From the human T2T-CHM13v2.0 reference genome, Homo sapiens, in assembly GCF_009914755.1 (NCBI RefSeq), contig NC_060926.1: a stretch of 64,000 bases of DNA. One strand, 5' to 3'. A program made the position numbers and the translations under genes. The notes under the pieces are model-generated. The model saw only the letters and a program-made list of their open reading frames with translations. It made no database searches and was not told the origin of the DNA. This document shows positions 16,070-29,380 of the stretch, piece after piece (position 1 is the first letter of the stretch; every line of letters starts with the position of its first letter).

Positions 16070-19000
16070 CACTGTAGCATTGCCTGCAAATGAGGTGTTA
16101 GCACAGGACCCCGTTCATGCTAAGGGCACCGCAAAGTTCTCCAACCAAGCACGCACCAAGAGCGGGACCACGTTAACTCTACCCAGCCTCCATCTCCCTC
16201 CTCAGGTCATCATTTCCACAGTGGAACTTAACCTTGCTATCTTTAGAAAGTAAAGATACCAAACAGATCTGCCGATAGCTTCCTTTTCAATGATGAGCTC
16301 AATCTCTCTTCTTTCTTTTCCTCTTTAATTCACAAAACCTAGTGGTTAGGCAGCCTAAGCAGGGAAAGTGTGGGAGTGGGATGTAACTGGTCCCTTGTCA
16401 ACAATCACTGGGGTAGCTAAGTTGTTTATTTCTTAAATTTAGTTTAAAACGGATGCAGTCAGCAGTTTCTAATTCCTGTCTGGGCTAAAGAAAAAAAATG
16501 TTTGCATTTTTACTTTTTCAAGAGTTTTCAGCCTTATTTGGAATCAACTGACTCACATTTGGGTCAGGATCGAAGGGTTGTTGATTCGGGAGTCAGAAAG
16601 GAAAAGTAGATAAATTTTAAAATACTTTAATAAAATCTTTATACAAAAGATGTTGGAATTACTGAAAACTTTTAGTCTCTTCAGAATCAGAGTCAAGCAA
16701 AAGTGGGCTGGGAAAGGTAGAGGTAGGTGGCTTGAGATTAATGTTTTTTTGTGGGGTACTTGATTAAAATTTATATTTTAGGTGAATGGGTTGATTCACC
16801 TAAGCAATACTTTGGCAGGTAATACCTTTTTAAAAAATACCACCGATGCAGATCTGAATAATGGTGTCGATTAATTCAGTTTTCTCAGTAGTGAAATATA
16901 AATTGGAACCTCTCTCCACCAAACTTCATGGAAATTTTTGGGAGCATGCTCCTCACCAGCACCATCTCCCTTTGTTGGCCATTTCTGTAATGCAGTTGTG
17001 TAAGTTTCATAGTGCAACCCAAGGCCAAACGCTGCCTCCAAGACCAGTGAAGCCAGAGGTCAGGCAAGCTACAATTCTGAAACTAAGTGATGCATAACAA
17101 AAAGCTGATTGCCTGAAAAAGGCAATAAGCTGAATTAGCCATAATTTTAACTGGTTTAATATGCTTTACCCAGGAACTGTCTGCTCTGAAAAATCACATG
17201 TAATACATTCCTTAATTGTAAAATAAAACATGGAGTATAACACTTTTATTAGTAGTAATTTAGGTTGTTTTCTTCTTCACTAAGAATTGAATAAATATCT
17301 ATATGTAAAAAGCGCTTTGGTATGTTTCCACAAAGTTTGAGTGTGGTTTCACGTGATCACTCCAGCCAATAATCATTAAAGGCCTCAGCACTCACTGGCA
17401 AACCCATGCCTGTTCATTATTAAGCACTGAAAATGATGAGCCAATGAAGAATATGATAATGCAATCTTTAGAATCATTTATGGTTATGAGCATTGATTCA
17501 CCAAATAAAGGCTTAAAATGTAATGGCCCTGAAAATGGAAAGACTATGTGTAAGAATTTTTAGAAACTGTAAGAGAAGAATGGTAATAAACTGTAAAGAG
17601 GAGACCAAATTCATTAGAATAAAAAAAATTGAGATGGGCTGAAGACACTAAGGAACGATTGGAATGAGAAGAATCGCCAAATGTGGAGCACCTAATCAAA
17701 AAGAGAACCAGAAATGAATAATCAACAAGGAGCTGTAATCAACATGGGAGAGCAAAGAAGAAAAGACCGGCTGGGAGAGCAAGCCTTGAGGGAAGCTGGA
17801 GAATATTCTATCTTGTGTATTTTGCATTTCAAAATCTCATACAAATATGCTTTTCTTATCCAAAAGAAGAGTTTCCCATCTGCTTCGCTTTTTCAGTGGT
17901 CATCACGTCACAAAGACAGACTTTTGAAGAAAGGTGCTGAAACCTGTAATTAGCTCTCCACTCTGTGATGTTTTGACAAGCACTGTCATCGGTTTCCTTA
18001 ACAGTCGTAACTGAGAAAAAAAGGTTATTTGACTGCGCAATGAAATTAGACATATGTATATATAAACTTAAATATAATTTGCTAATATGTTATCAATGGC
18101 TACTAAGTTCAGTCAGAGTGGGTTACTTTACATCAGGTAAAGCTAATGTAAACATATCAGTTTGAAGGGGTGCCAAATTATTAGCCCTCCTTTGGCACCT
18201 CGTGAAGAGTCTCACTGTTGTCTGCGTTAACTTTTCTCACGATTCTTCCCTCCTTTTATTCACTGCCTTCCACCCAGATTCTACTGGGCTTCAAAGCGTT
18301 GGACCCCATTCTCTGTGCCTTCTTCTACTTTTGTGTCATGATTTTGCCTGAGTTCTCTTCTCCTCTAGCAGCCACTTAGACTCATAACCTAAGGAGGCTT
18401 GCAACCTTGTCCATAGACTAATTTTTCCACCTTAACTAGAACCATTAATTGTAATAAAATTACATATTTAAATAAATTGCTTTCAGAAATTTGACAATAA
18501 AATTCCAAATTTGTGCTTTGATTCTTTCTCTTTGTTATACAGTTAAGACCCATTATTCCCTGTAGCTATGGGGAGTTGCAAATCATCCTTTACTCTCCGA
18601 ACACTTCTTATTCAAATTAGATCAAAAATTCCAGATTCTGCCCTCCTCTGCTGTAACTTCCAGGTCACTTTTCCATTGACACAGGCAAACACAGAAAGTA
18701 GGGATAATGCAAAAGGCAACCTACTTTCCTGTGTCTGTGTATTCAGTAAAAAGGATTAGCTCAAAACAAAATGGCAAATTATTGAGCTTGTATTGGGGGT
18801 TCTGCTCACTTGCTGCCTTCCACTACTTCTAGAAACCTACTTCCGGGTGATGTTCTTAGGCCACTTCTGGTTGTGCTGAGGATCCTTCCCAGACCTACTT
18901 CCTCACGCAGAATACCGTGTGTCAATCCTCATCCTCCTTCCTCCATTTAAGGGGAAAAAGTGTTCCGGAAACGATATCATCTAATATAGTGATGATTTAT

Positions 19001-20540
19001 AAGATGTTGATGCATTTAGTCTCTCAAAGGTGTTTCAGTTTCAACAGAATTATCTTACTCCAGAAGAGTTTAAGGCCAATTAATGAAATACTTTTTTGGG
19101 GAAGACAAGGAGACCTTTTCTGATACTCTCTAATAACCCCATGCAACTGAAAGTGTCCGGTGTTTATACCAGTCCTTTAGTCACAGTGGTTGCATCTAGA
19201 GTGGGTATAAAGTCTTACTTATGCATCTTAGGCCACCCTTGAAGGCTTCCTTTACTGACTCTCTCTACCAACAACCATTAGGATCTTTCCTCCAGTATAG
19301 AGGTGACCTTGTACTATGTTCATTAATTCACATGGTCACTCCCATTTTCTGAGCCCCTGTCTCATGTCAGGACCATGTAAGGCACTAAGAATGGAATACT
19401 AACAAGAATAGTTTCTGTGCCCAGAGAGCTTACCTTATATGTGAATGAGGCAAGTGTGTAAAGAAGTAATTATTGCAATGCACTAAGTATAGTAATGGGG
19501 CTTGTGTAAGGGCTTGATTCTGCCTGGAAAGATCAGGGAAGTCTTTCCTGAAGAGCTCTCCATTGCCTGCTTCATCCTTATCTGTTTTGTTTATGTTGTG
19601 TTGTCTTCCCAAGGAGGTTATGAACGGTCATTTTGTACTACTCACGTGATAAATGCTTATCTACTTATTAAATAACCATAACTAAACACAACTTTGCCCA
19701 ACTTTTCATTAACCACCTCTTGAGAATCAAAAGTACAGCCATGGAGAGCATTACCCAAAGGTCTATGACTTCCAATCCAGTCTTTGCATATTTAGTGATT
19801 AATTTTGATGACTCCCCATGCTGCCAATACATACTCCACCCACACTATCCACCACACACATACCATGCATGATGCACATACATTATGCTGACATGCTGGA
19901 ATGTTTAACAATCTGAAAATGGGGAAATTGTATCTCAAGATTAAATAAATAAAGCGAGCCCTCATCAAGTCATCAGCATTTGCCCCACAGGATTCCCCCA
20001 GGGGGTGGCTCTCCAGCATTTGTCATAAACAGAATGGAGGTCATTAAAGCTTGGCAAAACCTAACAACGTATCTAATTATAGGTTTGAAATTGCAGAACC
20101 AAGCAGTAACTACAGGGCACGCTGAGTTTAGTTACTTCTGAACACAATTTATTGCTTTGCTTGGGTAAATTACTCCCCATATTTAAAAAGAAGTGGAGAT
20201 TTTTTGCATCATCTCCAGAGGGGCAGTCGGTAGGACAGCATCCTCGGGCAGAAATAAAGAGTTTTGAAGTTTTCTAAATGGACTCTTTAATGCAGTTGAA
20301 CAAAAGGCGCAAACCTTACCAGCAGGCAAAACTAATCTTGAGGTCATCTGGAAAGAGTATCTGACAATTTACATTTATCTGATAAATCTGTCCCCTCTTC
20401 AAGTTCTTATCAGCCATGAGGGAGCTGCCAATACTTCCTTATATTACTGGGGCAAATTGGGTAATTTGGTGACTAGGAAAGAAAATAAAATCATAGCTAT
20501 GGTTTCGGTTTGCACTTTGTTTCTGGGGAAAAAAATACAT
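16070..20540. promoter_or_regulatory. Candidate enhancer or conserved non-coding cluster (repeat-poor block)
   Basis: Nearly free of recognisable repeats apart from an L2 at about 19320-19560. Contains two TCACGTGA, ACTTCCGG, TGTGGTTT and many TAAT/ATTTATGG motifs with CpGs retained. Function is inferred only. Confidence 0.35.
19320..19560 (-). mobile_element. L2 3' fragment
   Basis: L2-like tgcccagagagcttacc ... tcagggaagtctttcctgaagag. Confidence 0.55.
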
Positions 20541-20759
20541 TTTTTATATGTGCGTGTGTGTCGTTCCATGGTTTAAAAAATAGATCGGAAGAAAAAATCT
20601 TATAACAATGACTGCGTAGCTGTTATACAATATAAGATGTGAAAATTTAAACACATTTTCAAGATTTATTGATTGGCCTTGTTTTTTTTTTTCTTTTTTT
20701 AATAAAGCAAGGAACATATCACTTAAAGCAATCATATTGATATAAATATAAAAATGCAT

Positions 20760-22450
20760 AATTTGTTATTCTTTTCTACCAAAATAAGTTTGGGCGATCT
20801 TCTCTATAGTGAGTGCACATAGATTATTGGTAAATTAAGTGTTTCTTAAATATATAAAATAAAAATAATTATTTTCAAAATAATTATTATTATCTTGTAA
20901 GACAAATAATTTTATTAGTCTTCTTTTCCAAAATGTTATTGGACATTCTTGCCCTTTTATTCATTCAGAAAAGTCTAAATATATATGTCAAATTCCTAAA
21001 ATCTCCCTTTAGAATTTTGATTAAAAAGTCTAATAGATATAATTTGGTGAACATTGTCAATTTTATAAAATGAAATCTTTTTCATTCAGTTATATGTTGG
21101 ACTTTTAATTCAAAGTCTTTTTGTTTCTTTGTTTTTGTTTTAAATTTTACTCACAAAGGTTCTATACAATTCTAACTATGCTTATTTCTAAGTATTATAA
21201 TTTTTATATTTGAATTGTTCTCTTAGCAATCAGTCTACTTGCATTGTACTGCCACATTGCTAAGGAGAAATGTTAACCATGATAAATAAATTATTCTATA
21301 TGAAAACCATGTGAGAAGCAGTTTGAACATAATTAGGGTCTGCAGTTTGGAAAGATGCCCCTGAGTTCTGACTTGGAGTATTTTTTGACATCACCATTGT
21401 GTTGTTTGTTTTCCTGTGTGTGTGTGCATCTTGCTCCTCTCTCCCTGTCATTGTACTCTCCACAGGATTTTTCTCCTGACATTCACGCATGCACCCCCAC
21501 CCATCTTGGCTTATGTAGAAAATTACTGCCCATGTCTTTGAGATGCATTCTTGGAACACCCAGAACAAATGCTCTTTATACCCAAAAGTCTTAGTTTAAA
21601 ATCAGACAATTCAAACAGAGCCTTTAGATTTGTGGAAATCCAATTATCCACTTTTATGAGATATCATCACAAACAGATGAAAATATATTCATATGCTTTA
21701 ATATATATTCATAGGTAAGATTTGTTTGTAATTTTCTTTTTTGCTATCTATGGTTTTGTTCTAGATAATGCTGGTTTCATAAAATAGATTGTACACCTTA
21801 TGTCATTTTCTGAACTCTGAAACAATTTGAATAGTGTGATAGATGTTAAGCCCTTGAAAGTGTGAATTTACTTCTCATGAAAAATAATCTACAAGTTGTA
21901 CTTTGACACCTGTTCCAATTCCTCTCTGTTCATGCATTCAAGTTGTTGAATGCCTGCCCTCTGCCAGAAACCATATTAGATATGTTTCAGTTTCTACTTA
22001 TCCTTGATTCAATTTGAAGTAATTATTTTGACCCAGAGATTCATCAGTTTCATTGAGATATTCAAATTGAGTGAAGTTATGCATAATCTTCTTTTATAAT
22101 TTTTGAATCTCTTCTAATTTGGATTTTTGTGTTTTCACTTTTTTCATTAGACTTGTCATATGTGTATATTCTATTGCTTATATGTAGAGAGTTTGTCTTG
22201 AATATCTCAGTTCTGCTTTTTCCCTCTATTTTTAAGTATATTAGCTTCTGATCTTATTATTTACATTTTTCTAGTATATTTATACTTATTTTCTAATTTC
22301 TTAATGAATCTATAGTAATTGTTTTCTTCAATAATGACCGTATTTACAGCCAAACATGTATCTCTGGTAACTGCTGTGGCTGCATTTTCATGTGTTTTTA
22401 TATGTAATGTTCTACGTTTTCATTTTATAAATAGTTTGTATTTTTATCGT
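20760..22450 (-). mobile_element. Highly degenerate L1M fragments
   Basis: T-rich antisense ORF2-like phrases such as tagaattttgatt and ataatgctggtttcataaaatagatt. Interrupted at about 21240-21640. Confidence 0.45.
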
Positions 22451-22894
22451 AAGCTTAAAATATATTCAGTCATTTTATGTGTCACAAAAGAAACAGACAC
22501 ATTTAAGCTAGCAAAAAACTTTTCATACAAAGCCTGTGTGTCTTCTGGCTTTGAATAATAACCACAGTCACTTGAAATACTTTAAATTTTATGTGATTAA
22601 AATTAAGGCCTAGAAATTTATTAATGGAATACTTCAAACCTAAATTTTATTTTTAAGAGTCTTTATCCTCCTAGACTGATTTTTTTTTGACTAATTGTGT
22701 TCTCTATTAAGACATAAGTTAAGTTTTATTCATCTTTTTATTATCTAAGACATGTATGCTTACAGGAACATAATAGGTTTGCATAAATTTTATTAAACAC
22801 ATAAAGGCAGTCTATAGAAAATATCGTTTTCAGGACAAGAAATAATCATCTACTTTAGGAATCTGAGTAACCACTGGAAATCTCTGTGTTCTAT

Positions 22895-23420
22895 TAATCT
22901 GAACAGTTGCTATTACAGGCAACAGAAATGCAAATTTGTTTGAGTAAATAGAGGGGACTTAGGGTGGCATATGTGGGTTAACAGGCACCAGGCAAACACA
23001 ACAGGATCACAAGCGATGTTGTCAGGATCTATTGTCCTTGCTCCATCTTTTGAATCTGCTTTCTTCTGTGTTGGAGTTCTTAAGGCCCTCTGCTCATGTC
23101 AGGAAAGATGTCAATAGCAGCTACAAGCGTATGGGATTTACCAGCTAGCAATTCCAAGAAATAATATATTTCCCAAGTAAAGCCACTAGGAAGGCTCAAT
23201 TCAGCCCATTTCTGACTCAATTCCTGAGGCTGGGAGGATGAGCTCCTCTAAGATTCCAGGCCTGGGCATGATCACACCTCTGTAATGAGGGCATGTTCAC
23301 ACCTCTGTAGTGAGGTGTAATGACGGGGGCAGCTCTCCTCCACCACCTGGGCTGGTGCCCATCATGTAGGAAGATTTGTTTCAGAAGACCAGAGGATGAA
23401 TATTGGGGCAGGCAACAGGT
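22895..23420 (-). mobile_element. Old MaLR LTR (MLT1K/L-like)
   Basis: caggcaacagaaa ... tctgctttcttctgtgttgg ... ggaaagatgtcaatagcagct ... gattccaggcctgggcatgatcacacctc. Confidence 0.55.
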
Positions 23421-24234
23421 AAGAGATGTTTGCAAAATCATTGTTTTCATAATTTTGAATGTCCTATACTTTCAATTGTAACATGATTGCCTGACATCAA
23501 TTCAAAACCCTGAGCTCCCTAGAGAGCTCAGTTGGTGTTGCTGTTCTCTTTACTCTTTCTTTAGCCATGAGCTTCAACTAGTTCTCAGCTCAAGTCTTAC
23601 AGCTCCTCTTTTGTTTCTTTATGTTGAGGAGCGGGGGAAGATTACATTCAACTTCAGACAGCTTGGAAAAAGTTAGAAGCAAAAGATGAATCTGAATGCT
23701 GTCTGATAGTCCATTTTTAATCAGAGGAGAGCAATTTTCCCTTCTCAAAGAATGTCTCTTCACATCAGGTATTTGGCTTCTAGGTGCTTGCTGATTAATT
23801 ACTTACATTTACATAACATTAATCTCCTTTCTAACAATTTAGCAGGCTTCCAGCCGTTTTCCCCGCCTCATCAGTCTGGCAGAACACCCTCGATCTTAAA
23901 AGAGCCACAACTACTTTTGCAATGTGTAGATTTTGAAAACTTACTTAAATAAAACAGAATAAAAATCTTAAGCAAAGCTATAAATGATTATATCTTCCAT
24001 GTATATTAGGTAGATATCTGAATGAAATGCTTGGTCTACACACTTTATTTTGAGTTGTGTATATGGAAAATATCTTCCCTTCTGTTTTGAAATTCCTTCC
24101 TTGAATTCTTTCCCAGAATCTTATTCATTCATTCTAAGCTCAGCTCCAATAACACCTCCTTTTGGAGGACCTTCCAGAGCCTCCTGGTCACTTGATATCT
24201 TTCATTACAATTCCACATCACTATTTGGGATTAC

Positions 24235-24480
24235 ATTCATGCATTCATTCAACAGAAATTTATTGAGCTCTTCCAATGTTAACCCCTATGTAGGTGCTGG
24301 GGGCAAAAATGTGATGAAAAACAGAAATAGTCTCTGCTTTCCAGAACCCTCAGTCAAAAGGGATGTGTAAGGTATAGTGACTGTGATGTCACAAAGATAG
24401 GAATTTAGCCAGGAGGAAATACTTGCATTAGATCTTGAGGAATAAGCCCAAGTTCACCACACAAGTAAAGAATGGGGTTG
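24235..24480 (-). mobile_element. L2 3' fragment
   Basis: attcatgcattcattcaacagaaatttattgagctc ... taggtgctggggg. Confidence 0.75.
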
Positions 24481-24481
24481 G

Positions 24482-25079
24482 CAGTACTGTCCTTACATGG
24501 GCCAAGAAGGGTACCCCATGCTTTCAGGATCCTGCTGTGTCCTTTCTCTAGCTCTGCACCACCCTATGTTTCTGCTTTCTAGAACCGGTTTCAACCACCC
24601 AGTGCCCCAGAGTTCCCTACCCAAACATCCCCAAACTCCCTTCCAGGCCTGCACTGGACTTTTCCCCAAGTCCGTACTCTTAAAGGCCAGAATGTGCTGA
24701 TAGTGTGTGTACCCTAGGCCCAAGCTTTGGGGTGATGTTGGGGAGGGTGAGTGGAGCTTAGATTAAGTGGTCCATACATCTATACCCAAAAGCGTTTGTT
24801 GAATTGGAGAAAGCCAGGGAGCAGAGAGCAGTGGAGCGGGCTGGCATATTCTACAGCAGTAAGTTCCAGCATGGAAAAATCCAAGGAGCCTGAAAATTCT
24901 AAATCTGAGCTTGGCCTTCAGGTCATTATGAAGATATATTTGTCACATAGGAAGACAGAATGCATTTTTACATAACAGTTTGTTGGCTTGATTTATAACT
25001 TTTAAATGTATGCATGTTTGATAGGTGTGCTTCCATTTATGCTCTTGCCTTGGGCTGCAGAAATGTTAGGGCAGGCCTG
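24482..25079 (-). mobile_element. Ancient hAT (Tip100-type) DNA transposon inserted in L2
   Basis: Termini cagtactgtcctta ... aaatgttagggcaggcctg. Internal aacagtttgttggcttgatttataacttttaaat matches a recalled hAT-Tip100 consensus. Subfamily not assigned. Confidence 0.55.
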
Positions 25080-26199
25080 GAAGCAAGGCACAGAGATGGT
25101 TCTGAGCCGACAGAAGAGAGACAGAAAGGTCCAGAGGTGTAATTTGGGAATCCATTCACAAGCAGGTTGGTGTGACCACAGAATGACTTGGAAATTGGCT
25201 AGTTATGCATGTGTTCATCTTTCCCTCCAGACGGTATATTCTCTGAGGTCAAATGCCATGGAACATTCATTCCTGTGTTTGGCAGAACATTTTATACAGA
25301 GTAAGCCCTCAATTTATGGTAGATGAATTCATGTTGAACTAATGAGGTGATATACATTACTTAGAGGGAAACCACAAATACACTTACACTTTCCACCATT
25401 AACTTATCATTAAGACAGCTGTAGTTAAATCAATAATAAAACCTTAATTTATATCAACTGATACATGTTACATGTGGAGTGGGTCTATGCTATTTTGGTT
25501 TAGTCACAGATAACTGGTAATAAGTAAAATAAGAAAAACAAAAATGTGGCTAATATGCAAGTGTTGTGTCTCAGTTTACTTTTCTAAAAAATAGGGGCTT
25601 ATTGTGCTAACCCAAGCCACTATAGGCAGGAACGTGACCATGCATCGAGCACTCAGAGGGGCAGGCATTCTAGGAGATAGATCTCCAATGAGAGCTTGGC
25701 ACCCTCTGACCCTCTGACCTGTTCACAAGGCCCAGCCATGTTCACTGTTGAGTGCAGGGTCTTTCCAACACAGTTTAGAATGAATTGTATGTGTAAGATT
25801 TCTAAGTTTTTGAATGTTCTTTTTTTCTTTCACAGGCATAAGGCAGCCAAGAAGGATGAGCCGGTGATCTCTGCAGTCTGCCCATAACTCCACACAAAAC
25901 TTTACCCATTGTCACAGGAGAGTATAAGCATAGCATAAAGATCCTCGTAGATGGACTTTCAGCTCCATGCTTAAAGCAACTGACAAGAATCCATTTCTTT
26001 TCAGTGTACAAGTGAAGGGTAAAAGACAGAGAAGGAAGATAGAGCATAGGAAAAAGAGTGGGGTGGTGAGTGAATGATAAATAGGTGGCAGTCCTGTGTA
26101 CGATAAAGATCTCCCTGAACTCCTATCATCCCATTCCCTTCTCTGCCCTCTAGGTACCATCTGTGCATGTGGACACTGACACCACAACCGCACATCTGC

Positions 26200-26628
26200 T
26201 TACCTCTTGCAGTGCTCTGTAGTCTGCACCTACTATGAAGTCCTTCCATCTCCTTGCACACATCATTTCTCTCAGCTCTGCACTTTGGCACATGGAGTTC
26301 CCTTTTCTCCTCTCTTCCTCCCACCTGCCTCTTCAAATGGTGACATCTTACTCACCCCTCCCATCTGATCACAATGCTCAGGGATGCTCCCTTTGGCCTT
26401 TCGATCCTGGTTAGTTACCCTTTGGCCTGCTTCCATAGTTTCCTATATTTCCCCCATAATAGCATTAGTACATGATATTGCAAATTTCTGTTTACTTATG
26501 TGTATCTTGCACTAGACTGAAAGCTCTGTGAAGATAAGGAACTGTGCCCTCACAGCCTTGCTCATGTTCTCCACAGATATTTGTCCATTCATTTGTTGAA
26601 GAAATGGTTAAATAAAGGAATGAATGAC
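26200..26628 (+). mobile_element. L2 3' end
   Basis: ctagactgaaagctctgtgaagataagg ... atttgttgaa ... gaatgaatga terminal repeat. Confidence 0.7.
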
Positions 26629-26663
26629 TAAAGACCAGGTTGGCAGGTAAGCTTATGGTGGGA

Positions 26664-27033
26664 TGCTGTGCTTTGACTGTTTGTGCCCCCACAAAATGCA
26701 TATGTTGAAATCCTACCTGCCAAGATGATAGGATTAGAAAGTGGGATTTTTAGGGAGATCATTAGGTCATGAGAATTGAGCCTCATGAATGGTATTAGTG
26801 CCCTTATAAAAGGGGCCAAGAGAATTATTTGCCCTTCTGCCATGTGAGGACACAGTGAGAAGGTACCATCTATGAACCAGAGAATGGGCCCTCACCAGAC
26901 ACCAAATCTGTTAGTTTCTTGATCTTGGACTTCCTAGCCTCCAGAACAGTTAGAAATAAATTTCTGGTGTTTATAAGCTACCTACTTTCTGGTATTAGGT
27001 GTTCTGTTATAGCAGCCCAAATAGATTAAGATG
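26664..27033 (+). mobile_element. MLT1A0-like MaLR solo LTR
   Basis: tgctgtg ... tatgttgaaatccta ... tgcccttataaaa ... catgtgaggacacagtgagaagg ... cttggacttcctagcctccagaac ... aataaa ... gttatagcagccc. Confidence 0.9.
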
Positions 27034-27234
27034 TGGAGCCTAAACTTTACATTCATTTATTTAGGTGAAAGCCAGGGCAGGGGCCTGGGGCAGCAGGCAG
27101 AGACACAGCTCTCACAAATGCAAGAGGAAGACGAATCAGGCACTCGTCTGTTCTTCAAAGGATACAGAATGGTTTTATTGACCACCTGTACATGTGATGG
27201 CTTTCATCCTGGAGGAGAAGGGCATATCCACACC

Positions 27235-27455
27235 TACCGAATATCTGTTTCACAGGCAATGTGCCAATTATTTACATGCATAATCTCAGTAAATCCTTAG
27301 ACAACTCTGTGGAGGCATTTACTGATATCTCCATTTTACCCAGGAGGACACTGAGGTCCAGAGAGATTAAACCATTTGTCTGAGGTCACACGGCCAGTGA
27401 AATTTTGATGCAGGATTTAAATCCAAGTCTGTCTCTTACCACTGTATCATGCTGT
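27235..27455 (-). mobile_element. MIR SINE
   Basis: ccattttacccaggaggacactgaggtccagagagattaaaccatttgtctgaggtcacac ... caggatttaaatccaagtctg. Confidence 0.8.
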
Positions 27456-27459
27456 TTTC

Positions 27460-28360
27460 AGAGGTGAGGGGAGATGTCTTAAGAGTACCATATGGCTTCT
27501 GCCACTGGGGAGACCACTGTCAAATTCCAAGAGGAAGATCATGAGGGTCTCAACTGAATTACTGAAGGGGAGATTGTGTGAGAAGAGACAGATTTAAGAC
27601 TTATCTGCAGGGTAGAAATTGGATTGGTGAACTTAATACAATGTTTCTTTATTCATTCATTTATTCATTTCAATATTCACTGAGTTTTATTATGTGTCAA
27701 GACACTGCATTTAGTTGGCCCAGGGAAGAATAAATGTGAATAGGACACTGCATTCAATGAATGCTGATTCTAGAATGAGCAGCAAACTAAATCCAGTAAT
27801 GATATTACAGCATCACCACATACTTTCAATTCTACCTCTTAAATATCTCAATCTATTTCTTCTTTTCTACCCTCACTGACATGTGGTTCACAGACCTCAT
27901 TATCTCTCACCCGTTGCTGTAGCAGTCTCATACCAGGCCTTCCCATCTTGTATGTGGCACTAACTCGAGTATAAGGCCATTTCATGGTTTTCTGCCAAGA
28001 ATTGTTTTCTCAGCTCATTGGCAAAACAAACACAGCTTCAGTTCCTAACCTGAAAAGTTTATGCATGAAGAATTTAAAATATTAGTTCTTTTATTTAACG
28101 TATATTTTTTGAACACCTACTATGTGTGAAGTCTTGAGCAGGCACCAAGTATGTCACTGCAAGAGGCATGGCCTGTCTTTGAGGGAGGTACAGACAAGTA
28201 AATAGGCAACCCTAATACAGTGCTATAAGTGTAAATGCCTAAAATAGTTTAATGGGGTAAATTTTGGTAGAATATAGGAGGGGCATTTCTTCCAAACTAA
28301 GAGTCAGATGGAGGAAGTGACATTTAAACAAAAAAAATGAGAGAAATATGTATGTTTGGA
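27460..28360. mobile_element. Cluster of L2 fragments on both strands
   Basis: ttattcattcatttattcatttcaatattcactgag, ttctacctcttaaatatctc and gaacacctactatgtg. Confidence 0.55.
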
Positions 28361-29234
28361 GATGCTCTCCAACAGAACCTTTCATCCTACTCAAAAATAT
28401 TTTGAATGTATCTTTTGAGATATAGGGAGCTAGAAACATTAAAGAAAATATTGTGCTATTTTTTTCTGGAACTTGAAAACAGAACAGATTGTAAGATGGG
28501 GAATGTTTCCTCACTAATGACTTTAATAAAAACTCAAAATCTACTTGTCAGCTTTAATATTCAGAGGCATGTTATGAGGGCGCCAACTAAATTGTATCTT
28601 TCTAATCCTTTTCTCAGTCATCTTTTATCCTTCCTATCCCCTTTGTTGAAAGAACTGCCAAAGCTAATTCCCTATCCTGGAGTTTAGGTTGATAAATGGA
28701 AAGATTATTTCCACTGGGAATATTGATAGGCTCCAGGTCTTGACGCTTGGGTTTTGAAAGAGGATGCTGCTTTTGTTAATGGAAATTCATGAGTACTTGG
28801 AACACAGTGATACAATAATTCCTAAGTCTGGGGTCAACAGGGACCTATGTTTGTTGGCAGGAGGCACCGGCTCAAATCAAATCAGCAGTAACATTAAGAC
28901 CATCAAAATCAAGAGCTCTTAAAGTGGTGCCATATACAAGTTTGATGCATAGCTATAAATGATGTAGCTGCTTGAAGTCACAGAATCTGTCTGTGGTGCT
29001 TTTGTTACCTCTACTTTCTCCATCTGAACTGAGCTGAACACCACCTAAGTCTGATCATGAGTTTCCTGTTCCATAATGGGACCAACACCAAGGACTCTGT
29101 CCACTGATTTGCTGCAACCATAACATTTGCTCCCCCCTTCTCTTTTTCAAGTATTTCTCACAATAAAATAAGTACTTCTCCATTCCACAGTTGGGATATA
29201 TATTCAAAAAGTTGAGATATATATCTCAACTGTA

Positions 29235-29380
29235 TAATGACAGGTGACTTTTTCCCTTACTTTATAAATTGAGGTTGAAAAGTTAACTAATATGGAGATG
29301 AGTACATACCTACTAAGTTGGATCTGGGATTTAAATCCAAAGTGTTTGACTCCATACTCTGCGCACTGACTTTGTTACTC
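29235..29380 (-). mobile_element. MIR fragment
   Basis: caggtgacttttt ... aattgaggttgaaaagttaac ... ctgggatttaaatccaa. Confidence 0.5.

Noticed and set aside
20210-20228. CTCF-like CCAGAGGGGCAG
   Set aside because: The spacing does not fit the CTCF core, with only about 9 of 14 positions matching.
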